Source: Propionibacteriaceae bacterium (GTDB taxonomy: Bacteria > Actinomycetota > Actinomycetes > Propionibacteriales > Propionibacteriaceae). Taken from it: DNA of 64,000 nucleotides. Below the pieces are notes generated by a model, which saw only the letters and a program-made list of their open reading frames with translations, was not told the origin of the DNA and made no database searches. Below are positions 52,386 to 62,069 of this stretch, in pieces; the first letter of the stretch is position 1, and every line of letters starts with the position of its first letter. The translations under genes and the position numbers were made by a program. The stretch spans positions 4,377 through 68,376 of the forward strand of contig JAISAO010000053.1 of NCBI GenBank assembly GCA_031266665.1, given 5' to 3'.

Positions 52386-52608
52386 GGCTTGTCGGGATGG
52401 GATCGGCCCCTCCCTCCACCCCCTTCGCGCTGTCTGATCGTTCTCCGTGTCTGATCGGCCTGGGTCGATTGTAGGTCCCCGCCAGCGCCCTTCAGCCCGA
52501 GGAGGGCCGCCAACCTCGTAGACTGCCGCCCATGCCTGTGGACGTTCTCAAACTGGATAACCCCTCTCCCCCGCCGGGCGGACCCGGGGCGGCCCGGGCG
52601 GTGGCCCC

Positions 52609-53415
52609 ATGACCACCGCCATCCTCGGGGTCGGAGTCATGGGCGAGACCATCCTGACCGGTCTGTTGGCCGCCGGCACGGACCCGGCCAGCCTCCGCAT
52701 CACCACCCGGCGGGCCAAGCACCAGGCCCGCCTGAGGGCCAAGTACCCGGCGGTCGAGGTGACCGGCAACACCGCCGCCGCCGGCTGGGCCGACACCGTC
52801 CTGGTGGTGGTCAAGCCCCAGGACGTGGCCGACGTCTTGACCGAGATCGGCCCGGCCCTGCGCCCCGGCGCCCTGGTGGTGTCGCTGGCGGCCGGGGTCG
52901 AGACCGCCACCTTGGAGCGCCACCTGCCCGCCGGCCATCCGGTGGTCCGGGTGATGCCGAACACGCCGGCCGCCGTGGGCGAGGGCATGGCCGCCATCTC
53001 GGCCGGGGCCCACGCCGACGACGCCCACCTGGAGCGCGTCGCCCAGATCCTGTCCGCCGTCGGCCAGGTGGTGGTGGTGCCGGAGAAATACCAGGACGCC
53101 ATCACGGCCATCGCCGGCTCCGGCCCGGCCTACGTCATGTTCGTGGTCGAGGCCATGATCGACGCCGGGGTGATGCTGGGGCTGCCCCGGGGCACGGCCA
53201 CCGAGTTGGTCATCCAAACCGTCTTCGGCTCGGCCAAGCTGTTGCGCGATTCGGGCCAGCACCCGACCGTGCTGCGGGAGAACGTCACCAGCCCCGGCGG
53301 CACGACGGCGGCGGCCCTGCGCGAGTTCGAGTCCCACCGGGTCAAGGCGGCCTTCATGGACGCCATGGAGGCGGCCTGTCGGCGCAGCCAGGAGTTGGGG
53401 CGGTCCCAGCCCTGA
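52609..53415 (+). CDS. proC: pyrroline-5-carboxylate reductase
   Basis: ILGVGVMGETILTGLL Rossmann N-terminus, VVKPQD, and C-terminal VTSPGGTTAAAL. Confidence 0.95.
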   Translation: MTTAILGVGVMGETILTGLLAAGTDPASLRITTRRAKHQARLRAKYPAVEVTGNTAAAGWADTVLVVVKPQDVADVLTEIGPALRPGALVVSLAAGVETATLERHLPAGHPVVRVMPNTPAAVGEGMAAISAGAHADDAHLERVAQILSAVGQVVVVPEKYQDAITAIAGSGPAYVMFVVEAMIDAGVMLGLPRGTATELVIQTVFGSAKLLRDSGQHPTVLRENVTSPGGTTAAALREFESHRVKAAFMDAMEAACRRSQELGRSQP

Positions 53416-53448
53416 TCCGCCGCCGGTCGGCCGATCGGCCGGGCGACC

Positions 53449-54171
53449 TCAGCGCAGCAGCGCCCGGGCCCGCCCCGGATGGTCGGTGATGATGGCGTCC
53501 ACCCCTCTAGCGGCCATCCGTTCGATCTCGGCCGGCTGGTTGACCGTCCAGACGTTGACCTCGAGGTGGGACAGGTGGGCCTCCTGAACCAGGTCCAAGA
53601 CGTAGTCGACGTAGTGCAGCTCGGGGTGGAGGGCGGTGGCCCACAGCTGGGGGGCGTAGGCCCAGGGCTGGTACAAGATATCGGTGAACAAGACCCCGGT
53701 GCGCAGCATCGAGCCGCTCTGGCGCAGCCGGGCCAACGAGCAGTGGTTGAAGCTGGACAAGGTGACGCGGTGCCCCAGGTCGAACTCGTCGATCAGCCGG
53801 CTGACCTTGTCGCCCAGCCCGGGGTAAGGCACCACAGAGTCTTTCAACTCGATGTTGAGGTCCAGCTCGGTGGCGGCCAGGGCCTCCAGCACCTGGCGCA
53901 GGCTGGGGATGGGCTGGGGGGCGAAATCGTCCCAGCCGACGGCGGCGTCGAGGCGGGACAACTCCTCCCAGGTCAGGTCCACCACCTGGCCGCAGCCGTT
54001 GGTCGTGCGGTCGACCGTCTCGTCGTGGATGACGACGATCTCGCCGTCGCGCGACAGTTGGACGTCAAACTCCACCCCGTCGGCCCCCAGCTCGGCCGCC
54101 CGGCGGAAAGCCGCCAGCGTGTTCTCCGGGGCGTCTCCGCTGGCGCCCCGATGTGCCCACACCTTAACCAC
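53449..54171 (-). CDS. glycerophosphodiester phosphodiesterase family protein
   Basis: GTG start after TAGGAGG. Motifs HRGASGDAPENT, EFDVQLSRDGEIVVIHD and NVWTVN. Confidence 0.9.
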   Translation of the reverse strand: MVKVWAHRGASGDAPENTLAAFRRAAELGADGVEFDVQLSRDGEIVVIHDETVDRTTNGCGQVVDLTWEELSRLDAAVGWDDFAPQPIPSLRQVLEALAATELDLNIELKDSVVPYPGLGDKVSRLIDEFDLGHRVTLSSFNHCSLARLRQSGSMLRTGVLFTDILYQPWAYAPQLWATALHPELHYVDYVLDLVQEAHLSHLEVNVWTVNQPAEIERMAARGVDAIITDHPGRARALLR

Positions 54172-54358
54172 GGTTGCCTCCTAAGGACCCGAGGCCACAA
54201 CAACCGCCTGGCTGATGCGACCAGCGGTCGCCCCCATCGTAGAGCCACCTGGTCCAAGCTGTCGACGGTCGCGCCGCGGACGGTTGGCCGACTGGCCGCC
54301 GCCGGCCCTCTAAACTGGCGCCCGCAAGCAGTCGCAGACCCGCAGACCGGAGGCCCCC

Positions 54359-55738
54359 ATGACATTCGCCACCATCGACCCCAGCCGGGTCCAAGAGTTG
54401 ACCGACCAGGAGTCGGCCCGCCTGAACGACGCCACCCACGCCTCACGGGCGCTCTATCAACAGGCCCGCCGCCATCTGCCCGGCGGGGTGGCCTCGTCCT
54501 ACCAGTTGCGCGACCCTTGGCCGATCTACATCGACCGGGGCCAGGGCTGCCGGGTCTGGGACGTCGACGGCAACGAGCGCTACGACTTCCACAACGGCTT
54601 CGGCTCGATGGTCCAAGGCCACGCCCACCCGGCCATCGCCCGCGCCCTGGAGCGGCGTTTCGACGCCGGCTCCCACTTCGGCTGCGCCGTGCCCGAGATC
54701 GTGCCGGTGGCGCAGGAGCTGGCCCGCCGCTGGGGGCTGCCCCAGTGGCGTTTCGTCAACTCCGGCTCCGAGGCCACGATGGACGCCATCCGCATCGCCC
54801 GGGCCCACACCGGCCGCGACACGGTGATGAAGATCTTCGGCTCCTACCACGGCCACCACGACGCCGTCATGGTGTCGATCGGCAACCCGGTCGACGTCGA
54901 CTGGTCCGACCCTAACAACCTGCCCTCGGTCCCCTACGGCGCCGGCATCCCCCAGGCGGTGGTGGACCTGACGGTGCCGGTGCCCTTCAACGACGCCGCC
55001 GCCATGGAAACCCGGATCGCCACCTTGACCGCCCAGGGGCGCAAGCCGGCCTGCGTCATCATGGAGGCCTGCCTGATGAACCTGGGCATCGTCTTGCCCC
55101 AGCCGGGCTACCTGGAGGCCGTCCGCCAGCTGACCAGCCGCCTGGGCATCGTTTTGATCTTCGACGAGGTCAAGACCGGGTTGACGATGGCGGCCGGCGG
55201 GGCGACCGAGAAGTTCGGCGTCCGTCCCGACCTGGTGACCCTGGCCAAGTCCCTGGGCGGCGGCCTGCCGACCGGCGCGGTGGGGGGCTCGGCCGAGGTC
55301 ATGGCCGTGATCGAGGACCAGTCGGTGGTCCAGGTCGGCACCTACTCCGGCAACCCGTTGGCCATGGCCACGGCCTGGGCCTCCCTGACCGAGGTGCTGA
55401 CGCCCGAGGCCTATGCCTGGCTGGACCACTTGTCGGACCGCATCGCCGACGGCTGCAACGACATCCTGCGCCGCCACCACCTGCCGGGCTACGCCGTCTC
55501 GACCGCCGCCAAGGGCTGTGTCACCTTCGCCGACGCCTTGATCACGGACTACGCCAGCTACATCGAGCATCAGAACGTCGCTCTGACCGAGCTGGCCTAC
55601 GTCTGGAATATGAACCGGGGCATCTTCATGACCCCGGGCCGCGAGGAGGAGTGGACCTTGTCGGTGGCCCACAGCGACGAGGCCATCGACGCCTACTTGG
55701 CGGCCTTCGACGAGATGGCCCAAGCCCTCACCCGCTGA
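54359..55738 (+). CDS. class-III (GSA-aminomutase-like) PLP-dependent aminotransferase
   Basis: 459 aa, with GGAGG upstream. Motifs NSGSEATMDAIRIARAHTGR, GSYHGHHD and IFDEVKTGL (PLP lysine). Confidence 0.85.
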   Translation: MTFATIDPSRVQELTDQESARLNDATHASRALYQQARRHLPGGVASSYQLRDPWPIYIDRGQGCRVWDVDGNERYDFHNGFGSMVQGHAHPAIARALERRFDAGSHFGCAVPEIVPVAQELARRWGLPQWRFVNSGSEATMDAIRIARAHTGRDTVMKIFGSYHGHHDAVMVSIGNPVDVDWSDPNNLPSVPYGAGIPQAVVDLTVPVPFNDAAAMETRIATLTAQGRKPACVIMEACLMNLGIVLPQPGYLEAVRQLTSRLGIVLIFDEVKTGLTMAAGGATEKFGVRPDLVTLAKSLGGGLPTGAVGGSAEVMAVIEDQSVVQVGTYSGNPLAMATAWASLTEVLTPEAYAWLDHLSDRIADGCNDILRRHHLPGYAVSTAAKGCVTFADALITDYASYIEHQNVALTELAYVWNMNRGIFMTPGREEEWTLSVAHSDEAIDAYLAAFDEMAQALTR

Positions 55739-55834
55739 GCTTTGGGGCGGCATCGCCTCCCCAAGGCTCCCGATCATTGGCATCGCCCCAGGCCTCTGAC
55801 ATCGCCTGGCGGCGCCGAGCCCGGACGGCGTCAG

Positions 55835-55871
55835 GCTTGTAATTGGGCAATGCTTGTAATTGGGCAATGCT
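55835..55871. repeat. AT-rich 17-bp tandem repeat (2.2 copies)
   Basis: GCTTGTAATTGGGCAAT at 55835-55851 and 55852-55868, then GCT. It is followed by TAGACT (55875-55880). It lies between the aminotransferase stop and the hypothetical gene. Confidence 0.8.
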
Positions 55872-56026
55872 GGGTAGACTGTAACTCGGTGCAGGCGGGG
55901 CGGCCCGAATCCGTTCAGTCTGCTCGCCTATACGGTCCGCTCGCGGGCTGTCTCCACCGGCTAGTCTCAGGGCGCTCCCGTGGCCGCGGCCGGCTGGTCC
56001 GTCGCCATGGGGGAAGAGGATATCGC

Positions 56027-56761
56027 GTGGACACGATCACCGTCGACCTGACTCCGTCGGCCGCCGCCCGGCTCATTCGCTGGCAGCTCTCCCGCGGCGA
56101 CGACCGCTTCTTCGAGGCCACCGCCGACCTCGACGCCGACCTGCGCGACCAGGCCTCCAGGACCGTCTTGATCCAGTCGGTGCGGCCGCTGCCCCGGGCC
56201 GGGCTGATCGGCTGCTCCATTCTGATCAGCGACGTCACGGGGCCCACCCGGGTCAGCTTCGCCGCCGCCGACGACGACCCCTGGGCGGCCGTCAGCCAAC
56301 AGGACAACCTCAAAGACCGGCTGCTGCTGGCCCTGGGGCCGCACGTCCTGCCCGAGAGCGTCGCGCCCGAGACCGAGACGCGGAGCGGGGCGATGGGGCC
56401 AGAGGCGGCCGGGGCCGAAGCCGATGGGCGAGACGGGACCGGGACACGGGACGCGGCCGAGACGCGGGGTCCGACCAAGACCGGGGGCGCCGCCCAGACC
56501 GGGGCGGCGGAGACGGCCGAGGCCCAGGCGGCGGACGTGACTGGGGCCTGGGCGCTCCGCCACGGCTTCCGCTTCGAGCCCACCTTGGAGTTGGCCGATC
56601 TGATCGCCAGCCACGTCCGCGACCGCGACGACCAGTCTGACCGGCCGGCGGCGGACGACCGGTCGGCGGCGGACTCGGCGGAGGAGGCCGCCGACCCAGC
56701 CTGGATGGGGCAGTTGGTCGCCTTGGCCGCTGATCGCCCGGGAGGCCGCCCGCCGCTGTGA
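56027..56761 (+). CDS. hypothetical acidic protein
   Basis: In-frame GTG 56027 preceded by GGAAGAGGA. Strong third-position G/C bias through to the stop. The ORF-track N-terminal extension from 55742 is Arg-rich and unlikely to be translated. No family recognised. Confidence 0.5.
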   Translation: MDTITVDLTPSAAARLIRWQLSRGDDRFFEATADLDADLRDQASRTVLIQSVRPLPRAGLIGCSILISDVTGPTRVSFAAADDDPWAAVSQQDNLKDRLLLALGPHVLPESVAPETETRSGAMGPEAAGAEADGRDGTGTRDAAETRGPTKTGGAAQTGAAETAEAQAADVTGAWALRHGFRFEPTLELADLIASHVRDRDDQSDRPAADDRSAADSAEEAADPAWMGQLVALAADRPGGRPPL

Positions 56762-56877
56762 GCCGGCGCCGTGGCCGGACCGGCGCCGCGAGCCAGTCCT
56801 GACCAGACCACTGCCGTCCCCCGGGCTGCTTACCGTCTCCTGGTCCAAGGCGGTCGGGCCGACCAAGCCGGCGGCGA

Positions 56878-58635
56878 TCAGACTGACTGATCAGATCGAT
56901 CAGGCGGGGACGGCTGGGGCCAGGCGAAGTCCTGGCCGGCCTCGGCGGCGTCCAAAGCCTCGTCGGTCAGGGCTTGGAAGTGCCGGTCCAAGCCGTCGCC
57001 CCGGCCGGCGGCCACCGGGATGGTGGTGGTGGCCCGGTCGAAGAAGCGGCGGTGTTTGAGGTTGTTCCAGATCATCAGCCCCAGACCCAGCAGCAGGATC
57101 AGGATCGACAAGACGAATACCAGGCCGACCCCGCCGACGCTGGAGCCGGAGCCGTAGTCGGGGCTGAAAGCCGCAACACCGCCCGAGATCCAGGGGGCGG
57201 CGAACAGCTCGTGGGCGAACATGAAGGCCAGGAACAGGCCGCCCAACCCCGGGCAGACCAGTTGCAACAGACAGTTGCGGACCGACTTGAACCACTGGCG
57301 GCGGAAGTACCAGACGGCGGCGAACGAGGTCAGGCCGTAGTAGAAGCAGATGAAGATGGCGGTGGTGTTGACCGTGTCCGCCAAGACCGACTCCGACAGG
57401 GGGCGCATGACGGCGTAGTAGCCGGCCGCCACCACCCCAGCCACGATGGTGGCCGTGCCCGGGGTGGCGAAGCGGGAGGTTTTGGCGAAGGCCTTAGGCA
57501 GGGCGCCGTAGTGGCCCATCGCCAGCATGGTCCGAGCGGGCGACACGAAGGTCGACTCGAGCGAGGCGACGGAACTCGACAGCACGGCCAAGAAGACCAG
57601 GATCGAGCCGACCGAGCCCAACACCGGCGCGGCCAGGACGGCGAAGACATTCTCGCCCTCTTGGATGGCCGGCCCGTTGAGCCCCAGCGGGCCGTCGCCG
57701 ACGCCGGCGAACATGATGCAGGCGGTGGAGATGAACAGGTAGTAGACGGTGATCAAGACGATGGTGAAGCTGGCCGCCTTGCCCGGGGTGCGCTGAGAAT
57801 CCTTGGTCTCCTCCGTGATGGTCAGAACCACGTCCCAGCCCCAGTAGATGAACACCGCCACGGTCAGCCCCGATATCAGCGCCCCCACCCCGAGATCGCC
57901 GTTGGTGATGACGGAGATGGGGTTGAACCAGTCCCAGGAGAAGTCCAGGCCGGCCCCGGAGCCGGCGCCTGTGACCTGTCTGACCACGGCCACGACGGCG
58001 AAGGCGAAGACGGCCAACAACTGGAAGGCCACCATGACGTATTGGAAACGGGCCGTCAGCTTGAGGTCGCGGTAGACCATCCAGGTGGCCCCGGCCGTGA
58101 AGGCCACCACCGAGACGACGTTGAACCAGACCGAGTTGGTGTTCAAGTCGGCCAGGGAGAAGGTCTCGGAGCCGGCCACCAGCCGGACCACCCAGTCGAT
58201 GGTCTCGTAGAAGAAGACCACGGCGATCTGGGCCAGCGAGGCCAAGACGACGATGGTCGAGGCGATCAGCCCCCAGCCGGTCAGCCAGCCGAAACGCGGG
58301 CCGATGGCCCTGGCGCCCCAGGTGAAACTGGTGCCGGAGTCGGGGATGGCCCGGTTCAGCTCGCGGTAGCCCAGGGCCACGAACAACATCGGGATCAGCC
58401 CCAGCCAGACGATCGAAGGGGTCCACTGCTGGACCGTGTTGGTGGCGGTGCCCAAGGTGGCGGTCAGGGTGTAGTCGGGGGCGATGCAGGAGATGCCGAT
58501 GGCGACCGCGCCGATCAGGCCGATAGAGCCTTTGGCCAGTCCCTTGCGCGAGAGTTGACGCTCGCCGGTCGGGCCGGTGGAACCTTTGGCCGGTTCCTGG
58601 CGCGAGGCTTGGCGCTCGCTGGTCGGGTTGCTCAT
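56878..58635 (-). CDS. APC-superfamily amino acid/polyamine permease
   Basis: C-terminal 585 codons of artefactual ORF 56878..59664. ATG 58635 follows GGAGGA. About 12 hydrophobic segments and a typical APC N-terminal GLIGAVAIGISCIAP motif. Confidence 0.85.
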   Translation of the reverse strand: MSNPTSERQASRQEPAKGSTGPTGERQLSRKGLAKGSIGLIGAVAIGISCIAPDYTLTATLGTATNTVQQWTPSIVWLGLIPMLFVALGYRELNRAIPDSGTSFTWGARAIGPRFGWLTGWGLIASTIVVLASLAQIAVVFFYETIDWVVRLVAGSETFSLADLNTNSVWFNVVSVVAFTAGATWMVYRDLKLTARFQYVMVAFQLLAVFAFAVVAVVRQVTGAGSGAGLDFSWDWFNPISVITNGDLGVGALISGLTVAVFIYWGWDVVLTITEETKDSQRTPGKAASFTIVLITVYYLFISTACIMFAGVGDGPLGLNGPAIQEGENVFAVLAAPVLGSVGSILVFLAVLSSSVASLESTFVSPARTMLAMGHYGALPKAFAKTSRFATPGTATIVAGVVAAGYYAVMRPLSESVLADTVNTTAIFICFYYGLTSFAAVWYFRRQWFKSVRNCLLQLVCPGLGGLFLAFMFAHELFAAPWISGGVAAFSPDYGSGSSVGGVGLVFVLSILILLLGLGLMIWNNLKHRRFFDRATTTIPVAAGRGDGLDRHFQALTDEALDAAEAGQDFAWPQPSPPDRSDQSV

Positions 58636-58712
58636 AGCGTCCTCCAGTCGGTCTGGTCGGGCCGTCCCGACCCGGGCGGGGTCAGCCCTCCGGCGCCCCG
58701 CGCCGGGTGCGG

Positions 58713-60140
58713 TCAGGCGGCTGACATGACGTGTTTGATCCGGGTGTAGTCCTCGATGGCGTAGAGCGACAGGTCCTTGCCCTGGCCGGAGCGCTTGAAA
58801 CCGCCGTGGGGGCATTCGGCCGCCAGCGGCAGGTGGCAATTGACCCAGACACAGCCGAAGTCGAGTTGCCGGGTGAGGGCCAGGGCGCGGGCCTGGTCGC
58901 GCGTCCAGACCGAGCTGGCCAGGCCGAAGTCGACGTCGTTGGCCCAGGCGACGGCCTGGTCGGCGGCGTCGAAGGCCTGCACCGTCAAGACCGGGCCGAA
59001 GACCTCTTGTTGGACGATGGCGTCCACCTGGCGCACGCCGGTGACGATGGTGGGGGCGTAGAAGAAGCCTTGATCGCCCACCCGGCGCCCGCCGCTGACG
59101 ACCTGGGCGTGGTCCGGCAACTGGTCGACGAAGGCCGCCACCTTGGCCAGGTGGCCGGCGCTGTTGAGCGGGCCGTAGTCGCCCTTCAGGCCGGTCGGGT
59201 CGCCGGTCTTGAGCCGCTGGGCGGCCTGGACCAACGCCGCCACCAACTGGTCGTGGACGCCGCGCTCCACCAGCACGCGGGTGGCGGCGGTGCAGTCCTG
59301 GCCGGCGTTGAAGGTCCCCGCCAGCAGCAGGCTGTCGGCCGTGGCCGCCAGGTCGGCGTCGGCGAAGACCAGGGCCGGGGCCTTGCCGCCCAGCTCGAGG
59401 TGGCAGCGTTTCAGACCGCGGGCGGCGGCCTGGGCCACCCGCTGGCCGGCGGCGACCGAGCCGGTGATGGCCACCAGTCCGGGGGTGGGATGCGACGCCA
59501 AGCGCTCGCCGGTCACGGCGCCGCTGCCGAGGACGACGTTGAACACCCCCGCCGGCAAGATGTCGGCGCTGATCCGGGCCAGCTCCAGGACCGACTCGGG
59601 CGTGGTGGAGGCCGGCTTGAGCACCACGGTGTTGCCGGCGGCCAGGGCCGGGGCGATCTTCCACAGGGCCATCAGCAGGGGGTAGTTCCAGGGCACGATC
59701 TGGGCGCAGACCCCGATCGGCTCGCGCCGGACGTAGCTGGTCAGGCCCTCGACGTACTCGGCGGCGGCGATGCCGTCCAAGCGCCGGCCGGCCCCGGCGA
59801 AGAAGCGCAACTGGTCGGCCCCGACGGCCACCTCCTCGTCGGCGATAGCCTGTTTGAGCTGGCCGGTGTTGCGGAACTGGGCCTCGACCAGAGCCTCACT
59901 GTCGGCCTCGATGGCATCGGCCAGGGCCAGCAGGCGGCGCTGGCGCTCCTTCGGCGTGGTCCGGCCCCACTGGGCGAAGGCGGTCTGGGCGGCGGCCATG
60001 GCGGCGTCGACATCGGCCGGCGAGGACTCCGGCAGCTGGGCCGTCACCACCTCGGTGGCCGGGTTGACGACCGCTGTCAGAGCGTCGCCCGTGGCCTCGA
60101 CAAACTCACCATTGATCCAATTGCGCAAAATAGCGACCAT
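58713..60140 (-). CDS. aldehyde dehydrogenase, gamma-aminobutyraldehyde dehydrogenase (PatD/YdcW)-like
   Basis: ORF 58713..60215 trimmed to ATG 60140 (MVAILRNWINGEF). Motifs LRFFAGAGR, ELGGKAP and the catalytic Cys in NAGQDCTAATR. Confidence 0.85.
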   Translation of the reverse strand: MVAILRNWINGEFVEATGDALTAVVNPATEVVTAQLPESSPADVDAAMAAAQTAFAQWGRTTPKERQRRLLALADAIEADSEALVEAQFRNTGQLKQAIADEEVAVGADQLRFFAGAGRRLDGIAAAEYVEGLTSYVRREPIGVCAQIVPWNYPLLMALWKIAPALAAGNTVVLKPASTTPESVLELARISADILPAGVFNVVLGSGAVTGERLASHPTPGLVAITGSVAAGQRVAQAAARGLKRCHLELGGKAPALVFADADLAATADSLLLAGTFNAGQDCTAATRVLVERGVHDQLVAALVQAAQRLKTGDPTGLKGDYGPLNSAGHLAKVAAFVDQLPDHAQVVSGGRRVGDQGFFYAPTIVTGVRQVDAIVQQEVFGPVLTVQAFDAADQAVAWANDVDFGLASSVWTRDQARALALTRQLDFGCVWVNCHLPLAAECPHGGFKRSGQGKDLSLYAIEDYTRIKHVMSAA

Positions 60141-60313
60141 GGCTCCCTCTTCTCTGAACGTCTGCCAGCGCTTCTGCCGGTCTCCCGGCGGCCCCGGTGG
60201 GAACAACCAACCCAACCTAAGGACATTGCGCCAAGCTAAGCACCGATCAGGGGGTGTGCCATGCCGTTGGTGTTACGACCGCGTTACGATGTCGGCCCTC
60301 GGCGGAGCGGATG

Positions 60314-61630
60314 TTAATTGCGGGCCAGGCCTTGGGCGATGACGTCGAGGCCGTCCTCGAGTTGGGCCGCGGTGATGGCCAGCGGGGGTAGTAGGCGGAT
60401 GACATTGTGGAAGGTGCCGCAGACCAGGACGACGACGCCTTGGCTGAGGGCGTGTCCGGCCACGGCCCGGGCCAGAGCCTCGTTAGGCGCCTTGGTCTTG
60501 GGGTCGACCAGTTCCAACGCCTGCATCGCCCCCCGACCGCGAACGTCGCCGATCCTGGGGTCGTGCTCTTGGAAGCCGGTCCAGCGCCGGGTAATGGTCT
60601 GGCCGATGGCCAGGGCCTTGTCCAGCAGGCCCTCGCGCTCAATGGCCTCGACCACGGCCACGGAGGCGACGCAGGACACCGGGTTGCCGCCGTAGGTCCC
60701 GCCCAGGCCGCCCGGGTGGACCGAGTCCATGATCTCCTGGCGGCCGGTCACCGCCGCCAGCGGCAGTCCGCCGCCGATGCCCTTGGCCACCGTGATGACG
60801 TCGGGCACGACGGACTCCCAGTCCGAGGCGAACCACTTACCGGTCCGGGCGACCCCGGACTGGATCTCGTCGGCCACGAAGACGATGCCGTGGGCCTGGC
60901 AGAAGTCCTGTAGGGCGGGCAGGAAGCCGGGGGCCGGGACGATGAAGCCGCCCTCGCCCTGAATCGGTTCGATTACCAGCGCCGCCACCTTGTCGGCGCC
61001 GATTTCGGTATCCAGCTTGGTGATGGCCCGTTGGGCCGCCGCCGGCCCGGTCAAACCGTCGCGGTAGGGGTAGGAGTTCGGTAGGCGGTAGACCTCGGGG
61101 GCCAGCGGCCCGAAACCGGCCTTGTAAGGCATGGCCTTGGCGGTCATGGCCAGGGTCAGGTTAGTCCGGCCGTGGTAGGCGTGCTCGAAGACCACGACGG
61201 CCTGGCGACCGGTGTGGTAGCGGGCCACTTTGACGGCGTTCTCAACCGCCTCGGCCCCCGAGTTGACCAGGATGGAGCGTTTGGCGTGGTCTCCCGGGGT
61301 GATGCGCCGCAGGTTCTCCAACACCTGGACGAAGGGCTCGTAAGCCGCCACCATGGCGCAGGTGTGCAACAACTTGGCGGTCTGGGCGCCGGCGGCGGCG
61401 GCCACCGCCGGATGGGTGTTGCCGACGGTGGCGACAGCGATGCCGGAGCCCAGATCTAGCAACTGGTTGCCGTCGACGTCGACCAGGATGGCCCCCTCGG
61501 CGTGGTCGATGAAACTGGGCGCCGTCGGCCCGGCGATGGCGCGGGCGCCGGCGGCGCTCAACCGCCGCCCCAGTTCGGCCGACCGGGGCCCGGGCAAAGC
61601 GGTCACCAGGCGGCGTCCCAGATCAGTCAT
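60314..61630 (-). CDS. gabT: 4-aminobutyrate--2-oxoglutarate transaminase
   Basis: C-terminal 438 codons of artefactual ORF 60314..62290. ATG 61630 follows GGGAGGGG. Motifs NSGAEAVENAVKVAR, EPIQGEGGF, ADEIQSGVARTGKWF and TVAKGIGGGLP. Confidence 0.9.
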   Translation of the reverse strand: MTDLGRRLVTALPGPRSAELGRRLSAAGARAIAGPTAPSFIDHAEGAILVDVDGNQLLDLGSGIAVATVGNTHPAVAAAAGAQTAKLLHTCAMVAAYEPFVQVLENLRRITPGDHAKRSILVNSGAEAVENAVKVARYHTGRQAVVVFEHAYHGRTNLTLAMTAKAMPYKAGFGPLAPEVYRLPNSYPYRDGLTGPAAAQRAITKLDTEIGADKVAALVIEPIQGEGGFIVPAPGFLPALQDFCQAHGIVFVADEIQSGVARTGKWFASDWESVVPDVITVAKGIGGGLPLAAVTGRQEIMDSVHPGGLGGTYGGNPVSCVASVAVVEAIEREGLLDKALAIGQTITRRWTGFQEHDPRIGDVRGRGAMQALELVDPKTKAPNEALARAVAGHALSQGVVVLVCGTFHNVIRLLPPLAITAAQLEDGLDVIAQGLARN

Positions 61631-61704
61631 AGCAGTCCCCTCCCTCAAAGCGATGGCCCTGGACTCTACCGGCCCAGCGCCGCGCCCGCCGGCTGGAGGC
61701 GAGC

Positions 61705-61901
61705 GGTGGAGGGAGCGCCGCCGGCCAGGCGCATGAACGGGCGCAGGAGTTGATAGGGCGCCGCCGACCAGGCGCACGAATGGGCGCGGGGGTGGAGGGG
61801 GCGCCGCCGGCCAGGCGCGGGGGTGCCAGCCTCCGGCCGCCCGAGCGCCGGGCGACCCCGCCTGGGGTGCGAGAGCGAGCGCGGGGGTGCCAGCCTCCGG
61901 C
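61705..61901. repeat. complex GC-rich tandem repeats upstream of gabT
   Basis: GGTGGAGGG(A/G)GCGCCGCCGGCCAGGCGC occurs at 61705 and 61791. A related GGCGCCGCCGACCAGGCGCACGAATGGGCGC lies at 61756. GCGCGGGGGTGCCAGCCTCCGG occurs twice (61815-61836, 61880-61901). Confidence 0.7.
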
Positions 61902-61981
61902 ACAAGTGGTGGGCGGCGACGGGCCGTCCGCAGAAACCGCTGGCAGCCGCAATCGTCCCGTTGGTTTAAGTAGGACTCACA

Positions 61982-62069
61982 TGGCGGTGACGGTGGGATT
62001 TGAACCCACGGAGGGTTGCCCCTCTCACGCTTTCGAGGCGTGCTCCTTCGGCCACTCGGACACGTCACC
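61982..62069 (-). tRNA. tRNA-Ser (anticodon CGA), CCA encoded
   Basis: Minus strand reads GGTGACGTGTCCGAGTGGCCGAAGGAGCACGCCTCGAAAGCGTGAGAGGGGCAACCCTCCGTGGGTTCAAATCCCACCGTCACCGCCA. It has a long variable arm and anticodon loop CTCGAAA. Confidence 0.95.
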
